Source: an uncultured Methanosarcinales archaeon (GTDB lineage Archaea; Nanobdellota; Nanobdellia; Woesearchaeales; GW2011-AR9). Taken from it: 32,377 bases of DNA. Shown here piece after piece: positions 16,840 to 24,566 of the stretch. Location: NCBI GenBank assembly GCA_964502785.1, contig CAZCXW010000009.1, positions 1 to 32,377 of the forward strand, written 5' to 3'. Position numbers and translations under genes: made by a program. Position 1 is the first letter of the stretch. Every line of letters starts with the position of its first letter. Below the pieces are notes generated by a model. The model ran no database searches, was not told the origin of the DNA, and was given only the letters and a program-made list of their open reading frames with translations.

Positions 16840-17214
16840 ATGCCAACTTTATTAGCCTGTTTATCATCTGGAAAAGGAACGTGGAGTGAAGTATTAAAGA
16901 TAATCAATGCTAGAGAGTGGAGTAAGGTATTTCTCATTACAAATGAATTTGGCAGAGAAAATTTTCAGAATAATCGTTCCTCCATTGAACTGGTAGTCAT
17001 CGACACATTTAATCCAGATTCCTCAACGATGGCAAAGACGATCATAAAACAGCTTCAAGGCAAGATTAACGACTTTGAAATCGCCCTCAATTTTGCTTCC
17101 GGAACGGGAAAAGAACACATGGCTCTCTTAGAAGCTGTACTGCAGCTTGGCTTGAATTTTAGATTAGTCACATTGCGGAACGGAGAAGTAGAAAGTATGG
17201 GGATTGAAAAGTAG
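16840..17214 (+). CDS. Small stand-alone Rossmann-like protein with CARF-like motifs (tentative)
   Basis: 124 aa from ATG 16840 (the track start at 16837 is a TTG). LLACLSSGKGTWSEVLKII (beta1 plus S-x-G), KVFLITN, and IALNFASGTGKEHMALLEAV resembling the CARF (D/N)-x-T-G-G-T-K-x-M motif. Confidence 0.4.
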   Translation: MPTLLACLSSGKGTWSEVLKIINAREWSKVFLITNEFGRENFQNNRSSIELVVIDTFNPDSSTMAKTIIKQLQGKINDFEIALNFASGTGKEHMALLEAVLQLGLNFRLVTLRNGEVESMGIEK

Positions 17215-17215
17215 T

Positions 17216-17767
17216 CTATCGACTTATTCTTTTCTTTATTTCGTTAATAATTTCATGCCACAGTTGTCCATGAGGCACAAATTTCTCATAATCGCTTTTC
17301 AATTCCATTTCGAGTTCATGGAGAGGCATAAATTTTATTTTTTGCACTTCCTCTTTTTGTAACGTCCAATTTTTTATATCTCCTTTAAATTTAAGAAAAT
17401 AAATATAATAAAACTCATTATTTTTAATATCCCGAAAAATCTGTTTTTGTTTAACGACATTAAAAAACTCCAGCTCTTCTTTTTTAACGGTTAATCCTAT
17501 TTCCTCTTTTATTTCACGCAAAGCAGATAATACTGGTTCATCTCCCGCGCTGATATGCCCGGCGACTGACACATCCCATTTATCGGGAAATAATAATTTA
17601 TCATGCGCCCTCAATTGAACAAGAACTTCTCCGTTAGGACTATAAATCCAGATATGCACTGCTCTATGCCACAATCCTTTCTTATGCGCTTCACTTTTTA
17701 ATTTCTGAACACCTAAAAGAATATTGTTTTCATCGCAAATATCAATTAATTCATCGGCCATGCCCAA
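17216..17767 (-). CDS. Nudix hydrolase (IDI-like subfamily, lacking the IDI catalytic Cys)
   Basis: Nudix box GHISAGDEPVLSALREIKEEIGL. The WHRAVHIWIY...WDVSVAGH layout resembles type-1 IPP isomerase, but with Ala where the Cys of NSVCGH sits. Confidence 0.8.
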   Translation of the reverse strand: MGMADELIDICDENNILLGVQKLKSEAHKKGLWHRAVHIWIYSPNGEVLVQLRAHDKLLFPDKWDVSVAGHISAGDEPVLSALREIKEEIGLTVKKEELEFFNVVKQKQIFRDIKNNEFYYIYFLKFKGDIKNWTLQKEEVQKIKFMPLHELEMELKSDYEKFVPHGQLWHEIINEIKKRISR

Positions 17768-17852
17768 AACTTTAGGGTTTCTGCTTATAATTTTTTCCGT
17801 CAGAAAGTGGTCGTTTCCATTTCTCGGGAATTAATCCTTCCATAACCTCAAA

Positions 17853-18110
17853 TCATTTTTCAGATTTTTTCCATTTAAGGAAACCTCGCAAATAGAGACC
17901 AAACAAAACTATGGAAGTGACTCCATTAGCAATACTTCCAATCTGAAAACTAAAAATCAATGAGAAAATTGCCGAAATCGTTCCTATGATGAATCCCCCT
18001 CTTTTCTTATCGCCAAGCAGAGAAATTCCGACAAACACCGTTAACGTAATGAGCCAATCAATACTATAATATTGAAAAGCGTAATATTTTATTTGTTCTA
18101 TTATTGCCAT
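17853..18110 (-). CDS. Small 3-TM membrane protein, PnuC/SemiSWEET-like half-transporter (tentative)
   Basis: 85 aa with three hydrophobic segments. LLGDKKRGGFIIGTISAIFSLIF...NGVTSIVLFGLYLRGFLKWKK resembles one 3-TM repeat of PnuC nicotinamide-riboside transporters (recalled pattern). Confidence 0.45.
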   Translation of the reverse strand: MAIIEQIKYYAFQYYSIDWLITLTVFVGISLLGDKKRGGFIIGTISAIFSLIFSFQIGSIANGVTSIVLFGLYLRGFLKWKKSEK

Positions 18111-18112
18111 AT

Positions 18113-18278
18113 GTCAAAAACCACCAGTCAGACGCACAGTGAAACATAGATTTCACTGGCGCACAAGAAGCAGCGGCTTCTTTGTGGACAGGTGGTATGA
18201 CGTTCATAACGTCATGCAGAGTTTTTGAGCACCCCAGTATTCCACTGGTGTTCCACCAGTGGAATATCTGTGGTTTTA
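18113..18278 (+). repeat. Mosaic intergenic repeat, copy F (three perfect hairpins)
   Basis: Starts GTCAAAAACCACCAGTCAGAC. Hairpins are CAGTGAAA-cataga-TTTCACTG (18137-18158), ATGACGTT-cat-AACGTCAT (18197-18215) and TATTCCACTGGTG-ttc-CACCAGTGGAATA (18238-18266). It ends with the reverse complement of AAAACCACAGATATTCCACTGGT, a module shared with 22311-22333. Confidence 0.8.
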
Positions 18279-18325
18279 AATCTGTAAAGAAAGTATATAA
18301 TAATATCTCTTTATCCTTATCATCA

Positions 18326-18874
18326 TTATTCCTTCCTCAAATACTCCTTTGCTTTCATAATTAACACGCAACTCGGCCCATGGATAATCTTGCTTTCCAT
18401 AACCATTGTAACAGCCTTAGTTAACGTCGTCTTGTACATTTCAATCTTCTCCGTCGCCTCCTGTTTATGCGAAGTAAACTGTAGTTTCTTTGCTAGGAAA
18501 AGATAAGCTGGAGCATGCACAATATTCGTAAACGGATGCATAACTCCAAAGTCAATTATTTCTTCTGCGATAATTCCCAATTCTTCCAACAATTCCCGTT
18601 TCGCAGCTTCCAGTGGTTTTTCCTCTTCATCAATTCCACCGCTTACCGTTTCAATACATTCTTTTTCTAAAGCATATTTATATTCTTTAACCAAATACAC
18701 ATTTCCTTGCTCATCAATGGGTAGAATAGAAATTCCCGGCAATAATTTCACGACGCTAAACGTGCCAAGCTTTCCATCAGGACGGATCACAGAATCCTCA
18801 ATAACTTCCATCCATGGTGTTTTGTAACGCACAACTGAACCTTTCACAACCCATGGTCCTTTTTGTCTCGTCAT
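18326..18874 (-). CDS. ADP-ribose pyrophosphatase-type Nudix hydrolase
   Basis: NudF-like layout: KTPWMEVIEDSVIRPDG...ILPIDEQGNVYLVKEYKYALE...VSGGIDEEEKPLEAAKRELLEELG (Nudix box). Confidence 0.8.
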   Translation of the reverse strand: MTRQKGPWVVKGSVVRYKTPWMEVIEDSVIRPDGKLGTFSVVKLLPGISILPIDEQGNVYLVKEYKYALEKECIETVSGGIDEEEKPLEAAKRELLEELGIIAEEIIDFGVMHPFTNIVHAPAYLFLAKKLQFTSHKQEATEKIEMYKTTLTKAVTMVMESKIIHGPSCVLIMKAKEYLRKE

Positions 18875-18876
18875 GT

Positions 18877-19644
18877 TTAATACAACATTATTCCATACCA
18901 GAAATACAACAATCGGTCAACAGCTTTCACAATATCTTCTCCCTGCCCGCTGATCTTAACACAAGTGTCAAAAAATTCTACTGTAGGAGCTTTATCTTGA
19001 AAGTTAAGTTCCACGACCGGCCTGCCATTTGCCGTTTCGCACGTAATAATTGTTCTATTCTCGCAGATGGGATCATCCATTGTGCAAGAACCTCGAGGAA
19101 TTCGATCCATTCCTTTCACCAGATTAAAACTTAATTCTGAAACCGCCAGCGAATAATACTTATTTGCGACATTGGGATTAATTCCTATAAAAACATCTTC
19201 TCCTTTGTTAAATGCGGGATTAAGCCTCCCCGCTAGGGGAATATTTTCCAATTCCTTCGGTCCGTAATGAAGAGGAATTTTTAATAACGTCTTCTTATCT
19301 TTCATGATTTCTGTCCACCACAAGCCGTCGGCTTTTACAACACTAAAAGCGCCATAGGTGTATCCTTCTTCATCATTTAATTTGCCTTTCAGGTTTTTAT
19401 CATGCAGCTCTTCGATATTCACCACTGTTCCTCCGGTGATTTTGTTATAAATTGCCAATCCGCCAAAAGAAAGGACAAAAATCCCGATAATCACCGCTAA
19501 AATAATGACTATATTTTTTGTTTCCGATTTTCCTGGTTCAATATTCTCTTTATCAACAGTTTCTTTATCAATAAGACTTTCATAGACAAAATCTTCCTCT
19601 TCCTTTTCCTCTTGAGAAGGTTCTTTTTGTTCCAGTTCGTCCAT
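18877..19644 (-). CDS. Hypothetical type-II membrane protein (acidic N-tail, one TM, roughly 180-aa Cys-containing ectodomain)
   Basis: MDELEQKEPSQEEKEEEDF..., TM IVIILAVIIGIFVLSFGGLAIY, and an ectodomain with CTMDDPIC, C-E-T and a further Cys. The stop lies 2 nt from the Nudix start, so it is probably in the same operon. Confidence 0.6.
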   Translation of the reverse strand: MDELEQKEPSQEEKEEEDFVYESLIDKETVDKENIEPGKSETKNIVIILAVIIGIFVLSFGGLAIYNKITGGTVVNIEELHDKNLKGKLNDEEGYTYGAFSVVKADGLWWTEIMKDKKTLLKIPLHYGPKELENIPLAGRLNPAFNKGEDVFIGINPNVANKYYSLAVSELSFNLVKGMDRIPRGSCTMDDPICENRTIITCETANGRPVVELNFQDKAPTVEFFDTCVKISGQGEDIVKAVDRLLYFWYGIMLY

Positions 19645-19835
19645 TTTCCTCTTTTGTCCAAGGTTTGCTTTAAATACTTTATGAAGCTATTCCAGTTTAG
19701 CGGAAAAAATCGCCGCCATGGCCAAGATATAACGTGAGAACTACCATTCGTAAAACCTGTTGGCGGGTGCCCGCTTTCAATGATTTTTTCCTGAGCAGCA
19801 CGAAGGTTACGGTCAAGGCGATTTTTCTCGAAAAG

Positions 19836-20621
19836 CTATTCCGGCTTGGCAAAACTTCCTTTTTCTTTTCCTCTGTTAATAGACTTCATTAAAAAGAGAC
19901 TTACCACCACTAAAAAAAGAATCACTCCCAGAAAAGCATAGCCCAATTCTGAATACGCCAAAGGCCGTCCAGCCAAACTTGCTCTCAGTCCTTCAAAGAC
20001 ATATGTCGTTGGCAGCCAGGACGCGATTTTCATAGCCCACGGGGGTAATGCGGAAAGTGGGTAAAAAACACAGCTAAACGGCTGCAAAATCCAAATTGTG
20101 CTCCAGGCAAGAACCTGAATGCGCGAGCCCCAGCGAAATACTAATGAACTCACCAACAAACCCAACCCCCAGGCAAATAACGTCAGTATCCCTACAAATA
20201 ACGCAAAGTGGTAAGGATTTAGGGAAAAAATATTGAATTGATAAAAGAAATAGGCTAAAGCCACAAGAAAAATAAAAGAGATTACCGATCGGATTATGCC
20301 CAGAATACCAAGAGCTGCGATCAATTCTATGCTTCTTATTGGCGTTATAAATAAATGATACAAGCTTCTTGACCAGTAATGCTCTAATAAATAAGTTACA
20401 ATATCCTGGCTTGAACGCCATAAAAAAACCCACAGGATAATGCCTCCCAAGATGGAATTAACAACATTAAAATCAGAAATGCCTTTGATATAAGCAGTCA
20501 TAAATCCCCAGATAAGAATATCGACAAGCGGCCAGTAAAATACATCAAATATTCTATCCAAACTGTTAATAGAAAAATAATAATAATTCCAGAGCAGCCC
20601 TTTAATCCTGTGCCATTTCAT
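19836..20621 (-). CDS. ABC-2 type transporter permease
   Basis: 261 aa with about 6 TM segments, overlapping the upstream ATPase gene by 4 nt. Typical ABC-2 exporter layout. Confidence 0.8.
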   Translation of the reverse strand: MKWHRIKGLLWNYYYFSINSLDRIFDVFYWPLVDILIWGFMTAYIKGISDFNVVNSILGGIILWVFLWRSSQDIVTYLLEHYWSRSLYHLFITPIRSIELIAALGILGIIRSVISFIFLVALAYFFYQFNIFSLNPYHFALFVGILTLFAWGLGLLVSSLVFRWGSRIQVLAWSTIWILQPFSCVFYPLSALPPWAMKIASWLPTTYVFEGLRASLAGRPLAYSELGYAFLGVILFLVVVSLFLMKSINRGKEKGSFAKPE

Positions 20622-21547
20622 TTTTTCCGCGACCTTTTAATAAAATATTCTTCCAATGTTGGTTTTTTCAAGTGCAAATCATCAAAAGGCACATTTTCTT
20701 CTACAAATCTCTCCAGAATAGGAAAAATCATCTTTTCTTTGTTAGGAATGGTGAAATGCAAAACTTTATTTCTTTTTTTATAATATTGTATCTTTAATTT
20801 TTGCAAAATCTTTTCCGCTTCTTGGATCTTCGCTGAAAAATGCAATTCTATTTTTTGCTCTTCTAATTCTTTAATGATTTCTTTTGCGTCGCCTATTTTT
20901 ACAATTTTCCCCTGGTCCATAAACGCAATGCGCTGGCAGATTCTTTCAACTTCTTCCATATAATGGGAAGTGAAAAGTATGGTGCAGGCCGTCTTTTTAT
21001 TGTATTCAATAAGAAATTCTCTCGTCAACTCTGCCATATCCGGATCCAACCCGACAGTGCACTCATCCAAAAAGAGAAGCTCTGGATCATTGAGCAGTGC
21101 TTTCACTAAAACTAATCTACTTTTCTCTCCTGAACTTAAGGAAACAACTCGCATATCGCGGAGGTTAGAAATAAAAAACTTTTCTAATAAATGGTTAATT
21201 TTCTGTTCCGGATTTTTTACATTATATAATATCGCAAATACTTTTAAGTTCTGCATAACCGTTAAATTATGACTTAGTGTATAATATGCTGTAGCCACAT
21301 TGAACCTTCCTTTAATTTCTTCCTCATGTTTTTCAAAATCCTTGCCGAAAATCGAAATCTGTCCTGAATCAGCAGTCATTAAACCACTAAGAATATTGAT
21401 TGTCGTTGACTTTCCCGCTCCATTTACACCTAGCAACCCAAAGATTTCCCCTTTTTTGATAGAAAATGAAATGTCATCAACGGCTTTTATAACTCCATTT
21501 TTGCTCGGAAAGGTCTTTACAAGATTTTTAACAGCTAAAGCGTCCAT
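20618..21547 (-). CDS. ABC transporter ATP-binding protein
   Basis: Walker A GVNGAGKST, signature LSSGEKSRL, Walker B LLFLDECTVGLD, H-loop TSHYMEE. The palindromic TATA-like tatataattatat lies about 27-30 nt upstream of the ATG. Confidence 0.9.
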   Translation of the reverse strand: MDALAVKNLVKTFPSKNGVIKAVDDISFSIKKGEIFGLLGVNGAGKSTTINILSGLMTADSGQISIFGKDFEKHEEEIKGRFNVATAYYTLSHNLTVMQNLKVFAILYNVKNPEQKINHLLEKFFISNLRDMRVVSLSSGEKSRLVLVKALLNDPELLFLDECTVGLDPDMAELTREFLIEYNKKTACTILFTSHYMEEVERICQRIAFMDQGKIVKIGDAKEIIKELEEQKIELHFSAKIQEAEKILQKLKIQYYKKRNKVLHFTIPNKEKMIFPILERFVEENVPFDDLHLKKPTLEEYFIKRSRKK

Positions 21548-21621
21548 TCCATTTTAAAGATGAAAAGATTATATAATTATATCGAAAAGCCATTTTCAAA
21601 AGAGAACTTTGCAAAAGAATT

Positions 21622-21648
21622 GACTAGCGGTGGTCTGTTTTCTTTGAC
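21622..21648 (-). repeat. Mosaic intergenic repeat, copy E (5'-module only)
   Basis: Minus strand reads GTCAAAGAAAACAGACCACCGCTAGTC, beginning 4 nt after the stop of the gene at 21653-22018. Confidence 0.65.
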
Positions 21649-21652
21649 TTTC

Positions 21653-22018
21653 TCATGACTTCTTTTCCTTCACATCATCGTCCAAACTCTGCATTGCTCT
21701 TCTCAATTGGAATTCAGCCAGACTCACCATTCTTTCACGCACTATGGGGCTTGCATCTCTATATGCATACGTCATATTCTTGTTGGCAAATTTCAATGCA
21801 TCTTTTCGCGGCAACCCGTAACTTTTTATCAGCCGATTTACAAACTGAACAGGATCATTATATCTTGATAGGTCTTTCACAATTTCATATACTAAGATCT
21901 CATTTAGTTTAGCATCCGCTGTGCCTAACAATCTTTCCAGAAATCCAGGCCGTCTGCCGATAATCTCGCGGGGAAAATATTGTTGTACCAATTCCGGATA
22001 TATTTTTCGTTCGAGCAT
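21653..22018 (-). CDS. Hypothetical protein (121 aa)
   Basis: ORF trimmed to ATG 22018 (MLERKIYPELVQQ...), because the track's longer version (to 22105) is read through the tRNA-Thr gene. No recognisable motif. Confidence 0.5.
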   Translation of the reverse strand: MLERKIYPELVQQYFPREIIGRRPGFLERLLGTADAKLNEILVYEIVKDLSRYNDPVQFVNRLIKSYGLPRKDALKFANKNMTYAYRDASPIVRERMVSLAEFQLRRAMQSLDDDVKEKKS

Positions 22019-22025
22019 AATAAAA

Positions 22026-22111
22026 AGCCCCTGCGGGGATTTGAACCCCGGATCTGCGCTTCTCTCCTTATGGATACGAGAGCGCCGCTCTAGCGACTGA
22101 GCCACAGGGGC
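22026..22111 (-). tRNA. tRNA-Thr(CGU) with a 13-nt intron at 37/38
   Basis: Reverse complement: GCCCCTG TG GCTC AGTCGCTA GAGC G GCGCT CTCGTA [TCCATAAGGAGAG] A AGCGC AGATC CGGGG TTCAAAT CCCCG CAGGGGC T. All four stems are perfect. Anticodon at 22078-22076, intron at 22074-22062. TATA-like catatttaaaaaaag lies about 28 nt upstream. Confidence 0.8.
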
Positions 22112-22166
22112 TTGTAGAACTAAAAAAACTTGCTTTTTTTAAATATGTAGGGTTAGAAAAATGAAA

Positions 22167-22333
22167 GTCAAAGAAAACCGCCCACGACCATTCTATTGAA
22201 TGGTCGTATGCTCCCTTCATTCTAACGATTTTCTGACCCTGCTTTTTCCTAAGCTGGCACACTCGTCTCCAGACCACCAGTAAATACACTGGTGGAAAAA
22301 GCAGATTCTAAAACCACAGATATTCCACTAGTC
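22167..22333 (+). repeat. Mosaic intergenic repeat, copy B (reference long form)
   Basis: GTCAAAGAAAACCGCCCAC, then hairpin ACGACCATTC-tatt-GAATGGTCGT (22184-22207), then about 65 nt, then hairpin CCACCAGT-aaatac-ACTGGTGG (22274-22295), then AAAAAGCAGATTCTA, then AAAACCACAGATATTCCACTAGT. Confidence 0.85.
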
Positions 22334-22522
22334 GCAGAATCATATGATTTTTTATGCTAAAAGCACTAAATATTTGTACTTATTATTAATGCTTTTACAT
22401 ATTAAAATGTGCTTGACTCTGCTCTTAATGAAGCACAAGCCGCCCTGCAAAAATTATATGGCGGTTCATGGGCAATCAAATATAAACTAGAACCAGAACT
22501 CAAAAGGTACCCGATTTTTAGG

Positions 22523-22687
22523 TTAATGCAGTTGCGCCAATATCTCTTCTTTTGTGGGAAATTTTCGTTGGCATTCAAAACAGATTAAATAATGTTTATC
22601 CGAACCTTGCTTCTTAACAATAGTTCCTTTTATTTTCTCCAAAAACAATTCCCGTATCGCATTCCCGCAAATCGCGCATTTTGCCAT
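22523..22687 (-). CDS. Small Zn-ribbon protein (54 aa); not in the ORF track
   Basis: Hand translation: MAKCAICGNAIRELFLEKIKGTIVKKQGSDKHYLICFECQRKFPTKEEILAQLH (CxxC...CxxC). TATA-like ttttttaaacatt lies about 28 nt upstream. Divergent from ABCE1. Confidence 0.45.
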   Translation of the reverse strand: MAKCAICGNAIRELFLEKIKGTIVKKQGSDKHYLICFECQRKFPTKEEILAQLH

Positions 22688-22778
22688 TTTTCTTATAAAA
22701 TCACTTCTTTTTTAAACATTTCTTCGACAACTTCAAATCCACCAAAAGTAATATAAAACAAACAGTTTAAATTATTCT

Positions 22779-24545
22779 ATGCGTAAGCGTATCGCGATTA
22801 TTGACAGGGAGAAATGTCATCCGGATGAATGTGGAAATTATCTTTGCGCTAAATTATGCCCTGTCAACAGGGCTGGCGCCGATTGCATTTATCCTGGCGA
22901 TGATTCTGGGAAAAAAGCCCGCATTGATGAACTTCTCTGCACAGGCTGCGGCATTTGCCCGAACCGTTGTCCTTTTGGTGCTATCACCATCATTAACCTT
23001 CCTGAGAATCTTAAAAAGCAGCCCATCCACCGCTATGGGGAGAATATGTTTGAATTGTACTCTCTTCCATCTGTCATTTTTGGCCAAATCACGGGAATTG
23101 TCGGCCGCAACGGCATTGGAAAATCAACTGCGATAAAAATTATGGCGAATCTTCTTCAGCCCAATCTCGGCAAATGGGAAGAAGCAGCCGACTTCAAGGA
23201 AGTGATTAGTTATTTTAAAGGCACGGAAATGCAAAAATTCATGGATCAGCTTCACAAAGGGATGATTTCTCTTTCCTACAAACCGCAGCAGGTTGATTTA
23301 ATCCCTAAGCAGTTCTCAGGAACAGTCCGAGAATTGCTGCAAAAAGTAGATACTCATAATCAATTATTGGAAATTGCTGAAAAACTCCAATTAACCTCTT
23401 TCCTGGATAATCCTATTTCTGCTATTTCCGGGGGAGAATTGCAACGGGTGGCCATCGCCGCTGCTGTCCTAAAAAAATCGACGCTCTACCTATTTGATGA
23501 ACCAACTTCATATCTTGACATTAAACAGCGTGTCCAGGTTTCTCATTTTCTTCGTTCTTTGCTCACTGAACAAACCGCTTCTCTTGTCATTGAGCATGAT
23601 CTTATCATTTTAGATTACATGACGGACATTGTTAACATCATGTACGGGCAGGAAGGAGCCTATGGTATCGTCTCTGGCATCAAATCAAATCGCGAAGGCA
23701 TTAACGCCTTTTTGGAAGGTTATCTCCGGGAAGAAAATGTGCGTTTCCGCGACCACCCCATTAATTTTCAAAATATTCCCAAATCCAAAGGCGGCTTGCC
23801 GACGCCTCTTCTTTCCTGGAAAAATATTGAGGTTAACCTCGGGAATTTTGTTCTCAGAGCAAAAGGTGGAATTCTAAAGCGGAATGAAATCATCGGCGTT
23901 CTCGGGGAAAATGGAATCGGCAAGACCACATTCATTAAAATTATTGCCGGGATGCTCAAACAAAACAAAGGAGAGATCAGCAGCAATGTCAAAGTTGCAT
24001 ATAAACCACAGTATCTTGAAAGCGGTTCGGAAATGTTGGTCGCCGACTTCCTGCAGGAAGCGATGGCGAAATACGAACATCAGCTCATTAAGCCTCTGGA
24101 CATTGAGAAACTCTTCACGCAAAAACTTTCGCAATTATCAGGAGGGCAATTACAAAGGGTTGCCATCGCCTATTGCCTGGCTCAGGACGCCCAATTATTT
24201 CTTCTTGATGAGCCTTCGGCATATCTTGATATCGAACAACGGCTCATTGTTTCACGGATTTTCCGGAATGTCGCCTTTGAACGCGATGCCACTATTTTAG
24301 TCGTTGACCACGATTTGCTTTTTTTAGATAATATTTCCGACCGCTTGATGGTCTTTTCAGGGATTCCCGCCAAGGAAGGCTGTATCGAAGGCCCTTTTGG
24401 CATGGAAGAAGGGATGAACAAATTTCTTCAAGATTTGGGGATAACTCTCCGCAGGGAAATCAAATCGCACCGTCCCAGAATTAACAAGCCAGGCTCTGTC
24501 AAAGATAGGGAACAACGCGAGCAAAATAAGTGGTATTATAGTTAG
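22779..24545 (+). CDS. ABCE1 / RNase L inhibitor (ribosome recycling factor)
   Basis: N-terminal double 4Fe-4S region (CHPDECGNYLCAKLCP; CTGCGICPNRCP) followed by two ABC cassettes (GRNGIGKST / GENGIGKTT; LSGGELQRV / LSGGQLQRV). Confidence 0.95.
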   Translation: MRKRIAIIDREKCHPDECGNYLCAKLCPVNRAGADCIYPGDDSGKKARIDELLCTGCGICPNRCPFGAITIINLPENLKKQPIHRYGENMFELYSLPSVIFGQITGIVGRNGIGKSTAIKIMANLLQPNLGKWEEAADFKEVISYFKGTEMQKFMDQLHKGMISLSYKPQQVDLIPKQFSGTVRELLQKVDTHNQLLEIAEKLQLTSFLDNPISAISGGELQRVAIAAAVLKKSTLYLFDEPTSYLDIKQRVQVSHFLRSLLTEQTASLVIEHDLIILDYMTDIVNIMYGQEGAYGIVSGIKSNREGINAFLEGYLREENVRFRDHPINFQNIPKSKGGLPTPLLSWKNIEVNLGNFVLRAKGGILKRNEIIGVLGENGIGKTTFIKIIAGMLKQNKGEISSNVKVAYKPQYLESGSEMLVADFLQEAMAKYEHQLIKPLDIEKLFTQKLSQLSGGQLQRVAIAYCLAQDAQLFLLDEPSAYLDIEQRLIVSRIFRNVAFERDATILVVDHDLLFLDNISDRLMVFSGIPAKEGCIEGPFGMEEGMNKFLQDLGITLRREIKSHRPRINKPGSVKDREQREQNKWYYS

Positions 24546-24566
24546 GCTTTCATACTTATATGAAAA

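Noticed and set aside
19645-19835. Stop-codon read-through or TAG recoding of the ABC permease; the frame stays open for over 60 codons past the TAG at 19838-19836 (LFEKNRLDRNLRAAQEKIIESGHPPTGF...)
   Set aside because: The open frame runs out of frame into the next gene, has no recognisable domain, and no Pyl machinery or PYLIS-like evidence is visible. A remnant or structured insert is the more economical reading (see the finding at 19684-19851).
22019-22105. N-terminal 29 codons of the track ORF 21653-22105
   Set aside because: They are read straight through a well-folding tRNA-Thr gene on the same strand. An internal ATG at 22018 gives a sensible start.
22334-22522. AT-rich palindromes (AATCATATGATT at about 22339-22350; AAGCACTAAATATTTGTACTT at about 22369-22389) as a possible replication origin
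   Set aside because: There is no cdc6/orc1 gene nearby and no repeated ORB-like boxes. Short AT palindromes are expected by chance in AT-rich spacers.
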